Assembly (NCBI GenBank): GCA_050248855.1
Contig: JBFWRP010000008.1
Location: forward strand, 96,001 to 160,000
DNA from: Planctomycetota bacterium
Lineage (GTDB): Bacteria > Planctomycetota > PLA2 > JAEUHO01
Direction: 5' to 3'
Length of the DNA stretch: 64,000 bases
Below the pieces are notes generated by a model that saw only the letters and a program-made list of their open reading frames with translations, was not told where the DNA came from and did not search any database. The position numbers were made by a program, and so were the translations under genes. Each line of letters starts with the position of its first letter. Positions within the stretch are counted from its first letter, which is position 1. Shown piece after piece: positions 16,551 through 25,995 of this stretch.

Positions 16551-18689
16551 TCAGGTCCTTCCTGCGTCGCCTCCGAGCGGCACGTGGGCTGCGCGAACCA
16601 TCCGCTCGCGAGTCTCCTCGTCCGCTACCCAGAGGTAGATCCCGCGGACGGCGCGGGACAACAGGATGCGGTATCCGCGCTTGAGGCGCCGCAGCAGCTC
16701 ATCGGCTGCCGCCGGGTCGCCCTTCTTGGCTCTCCCCTTCGTCATTCTCCAAGCCGACTCGTGGACATGCCCGAGGTCGGCTTGCCACGCGTTGCCGCGC
16801 CAGACCAGGTCCTCGAGCCAGAGCAGCCCGATCACGTCGAAGTCGAAGCCCCGCACCACGTAGGGGCAGCCGACCTCGGCGAGGGGGTCTTCCGCCATCG
16901 GCGTGCCCTTCGGCGCCTGGACCCAGCGCGCGTAGTCTTGGCCCGGAGCGTGGTTCCAGATCCTCGACCAATGGCGTTCGCCATCGGGGCCGGCGTAGGG
17001 GATGTGGAAATCCATGTCGTGTGCCAACAGGTCGTGGGGGCGGCCCTCGTCCTTCGTTCGCCAGGGTCGTGCGTACGAGGCCACCAGGCGAACGCGGCGG
17101 CCCAGGTCCGCCTCGCGTCGCAGGGCGTCCTCCAGAGCTTGCGGCGTGTCCACGATCTCGAACCCGAAGCGGCCGGGTCTCGTGGCGGTCCGTCGCCACG
17201 TCGGCGCCGGAACCTCCGCCGCCGGCACATCGCGAAGCACGGTGTCGACCCACTTCACGTACTCGGCCGAGCCTCCGCATCGGAACTGGGCATCGCCGAG
17301 ACTCACTTCCTCGACCCGGGAGATGCCCTGGTCCTTGGCGAGCTCCCGGATGCGTTCCGGCGTCGTGAGCTCGTTGTCGCGGTAGCTCTGGCGGGGGTCG
17401 GTCAGGAAGATCGACACGCGGGAGGTACGCATGACGTGCCAGGCCTGGGGACCGGCGTGCATGCCCCAGCCCGACGGGCTCACACCGCGGGCGCCGTGGG
17501 CCGCCGGGTCGATGAGAGCGTGCGCCTCGTCCACGATCGTGACCGTGAAGGTGTCGTCCTTGAGCCTCGGCACGTGGCCCTGGACGTGGAACTCGTCGAG
17601 ATTGGCGCGCCAGGTCTCGACCTCGATCGCGAGGCCGCGCTTGCGCGCCTCGCCGACCCATTTGGGCGTGAGGCCGGGGTTCAGCCGATTGGCACGCACC
17701 ACGAAGCCCGCGCCGGCACGCTTGCCGGCCACGCTGGTGAAGAGGTGCTCCCAGTTGGCAGCCTGGGCGCCGGAGGTGGAGACGACCACGCAGTCGCCTT
17801 GAAGCTCCGGTCGGTTGGCCAGCTCGGCCCAAAGGTGGGCAGCGACGACCGACTTGCCGCTTCCAGGCGGTCCCTCGATGAGGATGACGGCCTTCTCGCT
17901 CCCACGTGCTCCTGCAAGGGCCTCGTCAACTCGCTGGACGCAGAGCTCGAAGCCCAGGCGTTGGTTGTCGAGGAGGACGAACTCGGGCGTCCCGTCGCGG
18001 ATCGTCTGGGCGACCTGGGCCACGAAGTTGCGATCCTGCTTGTAGCCACCGCGGCTGAAGCGCTCCGCGAAGTCGCCGTCGGGGCGATGCAGGTGCATTC
18101 GGAGGTAGGTGGTCAGGGACCCGGTGGCGGCCGCATCCGACATCGTGAAGACCGGGAACTCGCCGACCAACGCGGAGTGGGGGGAGGCCACGTAGGCCCA
18201 GGCGTCCTGCGTCTTGGTGAAGAGCACGCAGCCCTCCACCGCGGCGTCCGTGCCCACCACGGCCTCGTGGAAGCGGCGGCAGTACTCGACGTAGCCCTCG
18301 ACCTGGGCGGAGGGATGCAGCATGAGTCCGTGGGGCCGATCGACGAGACTGGCCCGCGGCCCCGGGCGGTCCGAGCTCGTGTCCCAGTGCTTCAGCTCGA
18401 ACATGACCGCGACCGGTCCGGCCTCGCCCCGTCCCAACAGGACCGCGTCGCAGTACGACGCGGCGGCAGGCATCTGGTACTCGAGGTCGATCGCGGCCTC
18501 GTGACCGAACTGGATGTGGAAGCGCTCCAGCCCTGCGGCATCGAAGGCCTTGCTGAGGCGGGGCAGCGAGCTTTCCCAGGCGAGCTCTTCGTCCACGCCG
18601 AAGCGGCCCGTGGCCTCCTGCAGATCGCCCACCAGCCTGCGCATGTCGGACTTCACGCGGCGTCGGAAGGATCGCACGTCAAGCAGCAC
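16551..18689 (-). CDS. DUF2075 (Schlafen-group-3-like) DNA/RNA helicase with N-terminal nuclease-like domain
   Basis: IDLEYQMP..CDAVLLG..VMFELKHW, HPSAQVEGY, Walker A IEGPPGSGKS, IVDEAHAL, QFRCGGS, RLVASY, EVGCPYVVRGFDFD, YRILLSRAVRG. Start approximate. Confidence 0.88.
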   Translation of the reverse strand: MLLDVRSFRRRVKSDMRRLVGDLQEATGRFGVDEELAWESSLPRLSKAFDAAGLERFHIQFGHEAAIDLEYQMPAAASYCDAVLLGRGEAGPVAVMFELKHWDTSSDRPGPRASLVDRPHGLMLHPSAQVEGYVEYCRRFHEAVVGTDAAVEGCVLFTKTQDAWAYVASPHSALVGEFPVFTMSDAAATGSLTTYLRMHLHRPDGDFAERFSRGGYKQDRNFVAQVAQTIRDGTPEFVLLDNQRLGFELCVQRVDEALAGARGSEKAVILIEGPPGSGKSVVAAHLWAELANRPELQGDCVVVSTSGAQAANWEHLFTSVAGKRAGAGFVVRANRLNPGLTPKWVGEARKRGLAIEVETWRANLDEFHVQGHVPRLKDDTFTVTIVDEAHALIDPAAHGARGVSPSGWGMHAGPQAWHVMRTSRVSIFLTDPRQSYRDNELTTPERIRELAKDQGISRVEEVSLGDAQFRCGGSAEYVKWVDTVLRDVPAAEVPAPTWRRTATRPGRFGFEIVDTPQALEDALRREADLGRRVRLVASYARPWRTKDEGRPHDLLAHDMDFHIPYAGPDGERHWSRIWNHAPGQDYARWVQAPKGTPMAEDPLAEVGCPYVVRGFDFDVIGLLWLEDLVWRGNAWQADLGHVHESAWRMTKGRAKKGDPAAADELLRRLKRGYRILLSRAVRGIYLWVADEETRERMVRAAHVPLGGDAGRT

Positions 18690-18744
18690 GGGAAGCTCCG
18701 GTACGGCGCCCAACCTTCGGTGCGCTGGGGTTGCGTGACAAGAT

Positions 18745-19704
18745 CTACGAGCGGAACAGGGTATCCAAGTGCCATTCCAAGGCGGCCGGACTCGGGCGAT
18801 CCTCCGCGCGCGACGGAAGCACGGCCAGCTTGCGACCCTCGTAGGCGTAGTAGCGCTTTCCGTTGCTCCATCGATCCCTGATGTGGCGCGAGATCCTGAC
18901 GTCCAGATCGGGCGTGATCCCGACCAAGCCGGCATCGAAGAGCGTGTGGAACTCCTTGGTCAGCACGAGACCATTCTGGAGATGGTTGCTGGCGGGTCCC
19001 AGGTACGGCTGGATGTGCGCTGCATCCAGGACCGGCTCGGTTCGCTCACCGGTCACGGCACACCGACGGCCGTAGGCGTCCAGCAGGCGCGCCCGGAAGC
19101 AGCCTTGCCCTTCCCTGACCACGGTCCGCGCTGTCCTCACGGCACGAGCATCTGCATCCACGAGCTGGAACTGCCCTTGCCACTCCTTCTCGGCCTCGGC
19201 AAGGCTGGCGTCTCGCGTCACGGTCGAGAGCAGCAGAGCCGCCCGGTCGACATCGCGCTCGGTAGCTCCGCGGACCACGTTGGGGTGCCATCCCCGCTCC
19301 CTGCCCCACGGAATCCATCGGCTCTCGGGCCAGAAGCGAGCGTCCCGCAGCACCGTACAGCCCATGGGGGACTCGGGAGTGCGGGGATCCAGGAGGTCGA
19401 CTCCCCGGTAGCTACCGATCCGCTGGCGAAAGCGGATCTCGTTCGGGTCACCGTTCTTCGTGCCGAAGAACTCCCAGGCCTCCTGCACGCCGAGCGTGCA
19501 GAAGTGGGCGAAGAAGCCGTAGCCGGCGACCGCGTTGAACGGGTGCTTGAGCCGGAAGAACACGGGCTCGCCCGGCGTGAATCGCTTGATGGGCCGCGTG
19601 CTCTGCGGCGACCAGAAGTTGACCTCGTCGAGGCGGCCGTCGGCTGCCTCGACGCGAAGGTAGTCGAACCACGCCTTGTCGGTGAGGGCAACGAACGGCT
19701 TCAC
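18745..19704 (-). CDS. HNH endonuclease (putative restriction endonuclease) with N-terminal EVE/PUA-like region
   Basis: DEVNFWSP..PGEPVFFRLK..VAGYGFF; REGQGCFRARLLDAYGRRCAVTG, LDAAHIQPY, NGLVLTKEFHTLFDAG, RPSPAALEWH. Confidence 0.9.
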   Translation of the reverse strand: MKPFVALTDKAWFDYLRVEAADGRLDEVNFWSPQSTRPIKRFTPGEPVFFRLKHPFNAVAGYGFFAHFCTLGVQEAWEFFGTKNGDPNEIRFRQRIGSYRGVDLLDPRTPESPMGCTVLRDARFWPESRWIPWGRERGWHPNVVRGATERDVDRAALLLSTVTRDASLAEAEKEWQGQFQLVDADARAVRTARTVVREGQGCFRARLLDAYGRRCAVTGERTEPVLDAAHIQPYLGPASNHLQNGLVLTKEFHTLFDAGLVGITPDLDVRISRHIRDRWSNGKRYYAYEGRKLAVLPSRAEDRPSPAALEWHLDTLFRS

Positions 19705-20212
19705 GCAACGGTTCCCGCACGACAGGGTAGCCCGCCGGCTGGGCAACCCAAGCGGTACTGGCCTCGTGGCCGCGGCGCTGCTTGGCCGGCGGGACCGCCA
19801 CCGTGCGAGGCGGCCGCCAGGGGCTGGCAAGCCGGTGCGCCGCCTCCCCGCGGCGTTCCTGGTACGCCACGTCCCTGGCTGGGCGGAGATGCCGACTCGG
19901 CCACTCCGAGCCTGTGGCGCGGCCTGCCAAGGCAGGTCGTCGCTCGAGCCTGAGGAGTCTTCTCAGGCTCTGGGGCCAGGCCGACTTCTTGGCTACGCGG
20001 GTTGCTCCGTGCACGCAGATGCACCCCGGGTCGCTCCGAGCCAACGGAAGAGCCGCATCATCGAGCTCATCTGCCGATGCTCGCCGATCCGCCTTGTCGC
20101 TCCGAGCGCCGTGCTTGCCGAGCTGCCCTCGCCCGGAGGAGCGATTCTGGCAACTCGTTAGCGGCTGCGCGCCGTAGGGTCGGGCTCGACTGCTTCCCGC
20201 GAGGAGGCTTCC

Positions 20213-20533
20213 ATGGCGGATGCACCCGACGCCCGAGTGACGGGAACCTACGACCTCCTCATCCGTCGCGCACAAGGCGAGGTCCGTGCGCACGATCTCG
20301 TGCGCGCCGAGGCAACGGCACGAGAGGCACTGGCCGTTCTGCCGGAAAGGGCGGCCGCCTACAACATCCTGGCGCTCGTGCGGGAGCTGCAGGGGCGACA
20401 CTCCGAGGCGATGGACCTCCTCCGTGCGGGACTCGCCGTGGAGCCGACGTACGCACCTGCCCAGGAGAACCTGACCCGCCTCGGCCGCCACCCCCGGCAA
20501 GGCCGGATGGTGATCGGGGACGAGAGCGACTGA
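20213..20533 (+). CDS. Small tetratricopeptide-repeat protein
   Basis: AREALAVLPERAAAYNILALVRELQG..AMDLLRAGLAVEPTYAPAQENL; GAGGAGG RBS. Confidence 0.75.
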   Translation: MADAPDARVTGTYDLLIRRAQGEVRAHDLVRAEATAREALAVLPERAAAYNILALVRELQGRHSEAMDLLRAGLAVEPTYAPAQENLTRLGRHPRQGRMVIGDESD

Positions 20534-20653
20534 CGCTGGGGCGGATCGCGTGCGAGCGCGCGACCGGCCACATGCCACGTCCGAGGACGAGCCACTCACC
20601 CCCGCTCCCTCGCACTTGCTTCGCGCCGCGGCTGCGCCCGTTCTGGCAACACG

Positions 20654-21313
20654 TTGGCGGGGTCGAGCCCTTCGGTCCTTGGCACGTCCGCAGTGGCGGG
20701 TGCTGGAGGCCCGTTCACCCATGTTGGTGGGATCGCCAGGCTGGACCTGAACGAGCATCTGGGCGTCTCGGGCGGGCTGTTCCTGGGATGGGACGTCTGG
20801 GACGATGACCACGACGCGCTGACGCCCTACGCCGGCTTCTCGTGGAGCCCGTCCGACCGCGACGCCCTGACGGCCAACCTCATCGTGGGAGCAGAGCGAC
20901 CGCAGGACGACGACGACCTGCGCTCCGTCCTCGACGTCACCTGGACGCGGGAATGGGACGCCTGCTGGCAGAGCGCGCTCAACGTCGATGTCGGCTTGGA
21001 ACAAGGGGCAGCGGGTGGAGACGATGCCACGTGGTGGGGGGCCGCGGGGTACCTGACGCGCCGCGTCACTCCGTGCCTCTCGGCAACCGCACGCGGGGAG
21101 CTCTTCCGCGACGTCGACGGCACGAGGCTCGGCCAACGCGCCTCGCTTGGCGGGGTGACGTTCGGGCTCGACTGGACACCGAAGACGCCCTTCCCCATCT
21201 TCCACATCCGCCCGGAGATCCGTTGGGATCACTCCTTCGAAGGCGCGCTCTTCGACGGCGGCTCCTCCCATGACCAGCTGACGTTCACCGTCGAGTGCAT
21301 CATCGGCTTCTGA
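20654..21313 (+). CDS. Outer-membrane beta-barrel porin-like protein, C-terminal part only (probably 5'-truncated)
   Basis: Amphipathic strands GLFLGWD, WWGAAGY, RGELFRDVDGTR, TFGLDWTP, IRPEIRWD, terminal Phe; no signal peptide or convincing start. Confidence 0.65.
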   Translation: MAGSSPSVLGTSAVAGAGGPFTHVGGIARLDLNEHLGVSGGLFLGWDVWDDDHDALTPYAGFSWSPSDRDALTANLIVGAERPQDDDDLRSVLDVTWTREWDACWQSALNVDVGLEQGAAGGDDATWWGAAGYLTRRVTPCLSATARGELFRDVDGTRLGQRASLGGVTFGLDWTPKTPFPIFHIRPEIRWDHSFEGALFDGGSSHDQLTFTVECIIGF

Positions 21314-21427
21314 CGGACCCCGTGGCGTGCCCGCGCGCAGTTCCCGGCCGGCGCGTTCTAGCGCCCCATTAGCACCCGCAGCGATAGCCTCGTTCGAAAG
21401 CCGCGGACGTGCCAAGGAGCAGTCCCC

Positions 21428-21517
21428 ATGAGTCCCCTCCACCTGTTTGGCTTGGTGTGCGCCGTCCTGCTCGGCGCCTACCTGCTCTTCGCCCTGCTGC
21501 GGCCGGAGAGGTTCTGA
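21428..21517 (+). CDS. kdpF: K+-transporting ATPase subunit F
   Basis: [38 protein letters not shown] (YLxxALxxPExF signature); not in the ORF track. Confidence 0.92.
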   Translation: MSPLHLFGLVCAVLLGAYLLFALLRPERF

Positions 21518-21518
21518 C

Positions 21519-23603
21519 ATGTCCGCGCGAAAGACTTCGCTCTTCGAGCCCACGATCCTCCGCCGGGCGGTCCGCGACGCGGTCGGGAAGCTCCATCCTC
21601 GGACCATGCTCCGCAACCCCGTCATGTTCGTGGTCTACGTCGGGAGCCTGCTCACGACGGGCCTCTTCTTCCAGGCGCTGCTCGGCAGCGGCGAGGCGCC
21701 CGCCGGGTTCATCCTGGCCATCACGCTGTGGCTGTGGTTCACGGTGCTGTTCGCGAACTTCGCCGAGGCCGTGGCGGAGGGCCGGGGCAAGGCCCAGGCG
21801 GCGAGCCTGAGGCGCACGCGCCGGACGACGATGGCCAAGCGCTTGGCCGAGCCCCGCCGCGACGCACCGACGACCGTCGTGCCCTCCACCGAGCTTCGCA
21901 CCGGAGACCACGTGCTCGTCGAGGCCGGCGACGTGATCCCCGGGGACGGCGAGGTCCTGCAGGGCGTCGCCTCGGTGAACGAGGCGGCGGTCACGGGCGA
22001 GAGCGCGCCGGTGATCCGCGAGAGCGGCGGCGACCGCAGCGCGGTGACGGGGGGCACGAGCGTGCTCTCCGACTGGCTCGTCGTCCGCGTCACCGCGAAC
22101 CCGGGGGAGACCTTCCTCGACCGGATGATCGCGCTCGTGGAGGGAGCCAAACGGCAGAAGACGCCCAACGAGGTCGCACTCTCGATCCTGCTCTGCGGCC
22201 TCACGCTGATCTTCCTGGTCGTGACGGTGACGCTCCTGCCCTTCTCGGTCTACAGCGTGCTGGCGGCTGGCACGGGCGACCCGGTCTCGGTCACCGTGCT
22301 CGTCGCCCTGCTCGTCTGCCTGATTCCCACGACCATCGGGGGCCTCCTCTCTGCGATCGGCATCGCGGGAATGGACCGGATGATCCAGGCGAACGTGATC
22401 GCCACCTCCGGGCGTGCCGTGGAGGCCGCGGGGGACGTCGACGTCTTGCTGCTCGACAAGACCGGCACGATCACGCTGGGCAATCGCGAAGCGAGCGCGT
22501 TCCACGCCGCCCCGGGCATCAAGGAGAAGGACCTGGCCAGCGCGGCCCAGCTCGCCTCGCTGGCCGACGAGACTCCCGAAGGACGGAGCATCGTCGTCCT
22601 GGCCAAGCAGCGCCACGGGCTCCGGGAGCGGGACGTCCACGCGCTCGGCGGGCACTTCGTGCCCTTCACGGCCCAGACGCGGATGAGCGGCGTGGACTTG
22701 GACGGACGGAGCCTGCGCAAGGGCGCGGCCGATGCCGTCGAGAACTGGGTCCTCTCGCAGGGTGGCACGCTGCCGTCCGAGGTGCGGGAGGACGTGGAGA
22801 CGATCGCGCGCGGCGGTGGCACGCCGCTCGTCGTGGCCGAGGGCCCGCGCGTCCTGGGGGTCGTCCAGCTCCAGGACGTGGTCAAGGGCGGGATCCGCGA
22901 GCGGTTCGATGCCTTGCGCGCCATGGGCATCAAGACCGTCATGATCACCGGCGACAACCCGCTCACGGCGGCCGCCGTGGCGGCGGAGGCGGGCGTAGAC
23001 GACTTCCTCGCGGAGGCCACGCCCGAGGCGAAGCTCGAGCTGATCCGCCGCTACCAGGGCGAGGGGCGGATGGTCGCCATGGCCGGCGACGGGACGAACG
23101 ACGCGCCGGCGCTCGCGCAGGCGGACGTGGCCGTGGCGATGAACGCGGGCACGCAGGCCGCCAAGGAGGCCGCGAACCTCGTCGATCTCGACTCCAACCC
23201 GACGAAGCTCCTCGAGACCGTCGAGATCGGCAAGCAGCTCCTGATGACGCGGGGCGCGCTCACGACGTTCTCGCTGGCCAATGACGTGGCGAAGTACTTC
23301 GCGATCCTGCCGGCGATCTTCACTGGGCTCTACGCCACCGGGGGCGAGGCGGGGCCGCTCGAGGCGCTCGACGTGATGGGGCTCCACTCACCCCTGTCCG
23401 CGATCCTGAGCGCGGTGATCTTCAACGCCCTGATCATCGTGGCGCTGATCCCGCTCGCGCTGCGCGGTGTGAAGTACCGCGCCGCGGGCGCCGCCGGCGT
23501 GCTCCGGCGCAACCTCCTGGTCTACGGGCTCGGCGGCGTCGTCGTGCCCTTCGCCGGCATCAAGCTGATCGACATGGCCCTGACGGGCCTCGGGCTCGTG
23601 TGA
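21519..23603 (+). CDS. kdpB: K+-transporting ATPase subunit B
   Basis: [71 protein letters not shown]. Confidence 0.97.
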   Translation: MSARKTSLFEPTILRRAVRDAVGKLHPRTMLRNPVMFVVYVGSLLTTGLFFQALLGSGEAPAGFILAITLWLWFTVLFANFAEAVAEGRGKAQAASLRRTRRTTMAKRLAEPRRDAPTTVVPSTELRTGDHVLVEAGDVIPGDGEVLQGVASVNEAAVTGESAPVIRESGGDRSAVTGGTSVLSDWLVVRVTANPGETFLDRMIALVEGAKRQKTPNEVALSILLCGLTLIFLVVTVTLLPFSVYSVLAAGTGDPVSVTVLVALLVCLIPTTIGGLLSAIGIAGMDRMIQANVIATSGRAVEAAGDVDVLLLDKTGTITLGNREASAFHAAPGIKEKDLASAAQLASLADETPEGRSIVVLAKQRHGLRERDVHALGGHFVPFTAQTRMSGVDLDGRSLRKGAADAVENWVLSQGGTLPSEVREDVETIARGGGTPLVVAEGPRVLGVVQLQDVVKGGIRERFDALRAMGIKTVMITGDNPLTAAAVAAEAGVDDFLAEATPEAKLELIRRYQGEGRMVAMAGDGTNDAPALAQADVAVAMNAGTQAAKEAANLVDLDSNPTKLLETVEIGKQLLMTRGALTTFSLANDVAKYFAILPAIFTGLYATGGEAGPLEALDVMGLHSPLSAILSAVIFNALIIVALIPLALRGVKYRAAGAAGVLRRNLLVYGLGGVVVPFAGIKLIDMALTGLGLV

Positions 23604-23613
23604 GGAGGCTCCG

Positions 23614-23706
23614 ATGACCTACCTCGTCTATTTGGCGATCGGGCTCGCGACCTTCGCGGCGCTGGTCGCGCTCACGCACGCGGTCGCCCGCGGCGAGAAG
23701 GAGTGA
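23614..23706 (+). CDS. Additional small membrane peptide within the kdp operon
   Basis: GAGGAGG RBS; MTYLVYLAIGLATFAALVALTHAVARGEKE, one TM helix, fills the kdpB-kdpA gap. Confidence 0.75.
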   Translation: MTYLVYLAIGLATFAALVALTHAVARGEKE

Positions 23707-23710
23707 GTCC

Positions 23711-25387
23711 ATGGACGTCGTGCTCCTCGTCGTTCTGATCGTGGGGGGGACGGCCGCGCTCTCGTGGCCGCTCGGTCGCTACATGCGCTGGGCCATGGAG
23801 CCGAAGGCCGACGGCGCTCGCGGCGCGGGCCTCGACCGCGTGTTCCAGCGTGTGGCGGGGCCGCTCGGCGCCTCCCCGCAGGGCTGGAAGGCCTACGCCA
23901 TCACCCTGCTCGCCTTCAACGTGGTGATGTTCGCCGTCACGTTCGCCGTCCTGGCCCTCCAGCAGCACCTGCCCCTGAACCCCGATGGCAAGGGTGCGAT
24001 CGAGCCGAGCCTCGTCTTCAACACGATCGCCTCGTTCACGTCCAACACGAACCTCCAGCACTACTCGGGCGAGGTCGCGCTGAGCTACTTCTCCCAGCTC
24101 GCCCTGATGTGGCTGCAGTTCGTCTCGGCGGCCACCGGCATCGCCGCCTTGACCGCCCTGGCCCGGGGGCTGGCGGGCCGCAAGCAGGTCGGCAGCTTCT
24201 TCGTGGACCTCCAGCGGGCCTCGTTCCTCGTGCTCCTGCCGGTCGCGCTCGTGGTCGCAGTCCTGTTCGCCTTCGGCGGGATGCCGATGACGCTCTCGGG
24301 CGCAGCGACGGCGACCACCCTCGAGGGTGCCTCCCAGACGATCGCGCGCGGGCCCGTCGCGGCGTTCGTGGCGATCAAGCAGCTGGGGACGAACGGGGGC
24401 GGGTTCTTCGGGCCCAACTGCACCCACCCCTTCGAGAACCCGACGTTCTGGACCAATGCGCTGGCGATGATCGCCATCCTCCTGATCCCCATGGCCAGCG
24501 TCTGGATGTTCGGCCGGATCGTCGAGCGCAGGCGCCACGCGGCCGTCGTCTTCGGCGTCATGCTCCTGCTCCTCGTGGCGAAGATCGGGGGGGCCGTCGC
24601 CTTCGAGGCGGCCCCGACCCGCGCCTTCGCCGATCTTCCGATCGAACAGACCTCGGGGAACCTCGAGGGCAAGGAGCTGCGCTTCGGCGCGGCGAGCGGG
24701 AGCGGGCCCCTGTGGGCGGTGCTCACGACGTCCACCAGCAACGGGTCCGTCGGCGCCATGCACGACAGCCTGAACCCCATGACGGGCCTGATGCCCATGG
24801 TGGGCATGTGGCTCAACGCCACGTTCGGCGGCGTGGGCGTCGGCATGATCAACATGTTCCTCTACATCATCGTGGCCGTCTTCGTGGCCGGCATGATGGT
24901 CGGACGTACGCCCGAGTACCTGAACCGGCGCGTCGAGGCGCGGGAGATGAAGCTTGCGGTGCTCTGCCTTCTTGCGCACGCGTTCTTCATCTTGGTCGGG
25001 ACGGCGGTCTTCGCCGTGACGCCATGGGGGCGGGAGACGCTCAACAACGGCGGGCCGCACGGGTTCAGCGAGATCCTCTACGAGTTCAGCTCGGCGAGTG
25101 CGAACAACGGATCGGGCTTCGAGGGCCTCGGTGACAACACCGTGCCCTGGAACCTGGCCACGGGGCTGGTGATGTTGCTCGGCCGTTTCATCCCCATCGT
25201 CCTGCCGCTCGCGATTGCAGGCGCGTTGGCCGCCAAGCGCCGGACGGCAGAGTCGGCCGGGACGCTCGGCGTGGCGGGGCCGACCTTCGGTCTGATGCTC
25301 TGCGGCACGATCCTGCTCGTGGGGGCGCTGACCTTCTTCCCGGCGGCCCTCCTGGGGCCGGTCGTGGAGCATCTTCTCTACCTGTAG
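23711..25387 (+). CDS. kdpA: K+-transporting ATPase subunit A
   Basis: SFTSNTNLQHYSGE, IKQLGTNGGGFFG, HPFENPT, SNGSVGAMHDS, MVGRTPEY, SASANNGSGFEGL. Confidence 0.97.
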   Translation: MDVVLLVVLIVGGTAALSWPLGRYMRWAMEPKADGARGAGLDRVFQRVAGPLGASPQGWKAYAITLLAFNVVMFAVTFAVLALQQHLPLNPDGKGAIEPSLVFNTIASFTSNTNLQHYSGEVALSYFSQLALMWLQFVSAATGIAALTALARGLAGRKQVGSFFVDLQRASFLVLLPVALVVAVLFAFGGMPMTLSGAATATTLEGASQTIARGPVAAFVAIKQLGTNGGGFFGPNCTHPFENPTFWTNALAMIAILLIPMASVWMFGRIVERRRHAAVVFGVMLLLLVAKIGGAVAFEAAPTRAFADLPIEQTSGNLEGKELRFGAASGSGPLWAVLTTSTSNGSVGAMHDSLNPMTGLMPMVGMWLNATFGGVGVGMINMFLYIIVAVFVAGMMVGRTPEYLNRRVEAREMKLAVLCLLAHAFFILVGTAVFAVTPWGRETLNNGGPHGFSEILYEFSSASANNGSGFEGLGDNTVPWNLATGLVMLLGRFIPIVLPLAIAGALAAKRRTAESAGTLGVAGPTFGLMLCGTILLVGALTFFPAALLGPVVEHLLYL

Positions 25388-25410
25388 ACTCCGGACGTGG
25401 AGCAAACACG

Positions 25411-25986
25411 ATGCAGACGCCCATGCAACTCCTGGTCACGAGCCTGCGGGCGACGGTGGCGACGGTGCTCCTCTGCGTCGTGGGGTACACGGTCGTTGCC
25501 CTCGGCGTTGCGCAGCTCCTCGTGAACGATGCCGCCGAGGGCTCGCTGATCACGCGCCCGGACGGCACGGTGGTCGGCAGCCGCCTCATCGGCCAGTCCT
25601 TCGCGGAGCCGCGCTACTTCTGGCCGCGGCCGTCGGCGGTCGGCTACGACGCCTCGGCCGCCGGCGGGAGCAACAAGTCGCCCACCAGCCCGGACCTGGC
25701 CGAGCGTGCGCGCTTGCTGGTGGAGCGCTACGCAGCGACGGCGAAGCGCCCGCTGCCCGCCGAGCTCGTGGCGGCCTCGGGCGGCGGGCTCGATCCCCAC
25801 GTGACCGAACATGCCGCCCTCTACCAGGTAGATCGCGTGGCAGCCGCCCGGCGCGGCCTCGACCGCGCGCGGATCGAGGCGCTCGTCCGCGAGCACGCCG
25901 TCGCCCCGGGTGGACCGCTGACGCCCGGCCGCGTGGTCAACGTCCTGGAGCTCAACCTGGCCCTCGACGCTGAGGAGGCCCGGTAG
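25411..25986 (+). CDS. kdpC: K+-transporting ATPase subunit C
   Basis: GSRLIGQSFAEPRYFWPRPSA, SGGGLDPHV, VNVLELNLALD. Confidence 0.95.
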   Translation: MQTPMQLLVTSLRATVATVLLCVVGYTVVALGVAQLLVNDAAEGSLITRPDGTVVGSRLIGQSFAEPRYFWPRPSAVGYDASAAGGSNKSPTSPDLAERARLLVERYAATAKRPLPAELVAASGGGLDPHVTEHAALYQVDRVAAARRGLDRARIEALVREHAVAPGGPLTPGRVVNVLELNLALDAEEAR

Positions 25987-25995
25987 GGAGGCCGC

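Noticed and set aside
15660..18881. 1073-aa plus-strand ORF
   Set aside because: Antisense shadow of the DUF2075 and GNAT genes; no motifs.
19830..21427. c-di-AMP riboswitch upstream of kdp
   Set aside because: I could not find the conserved motif by eye; an Infernal scan would be decisive.
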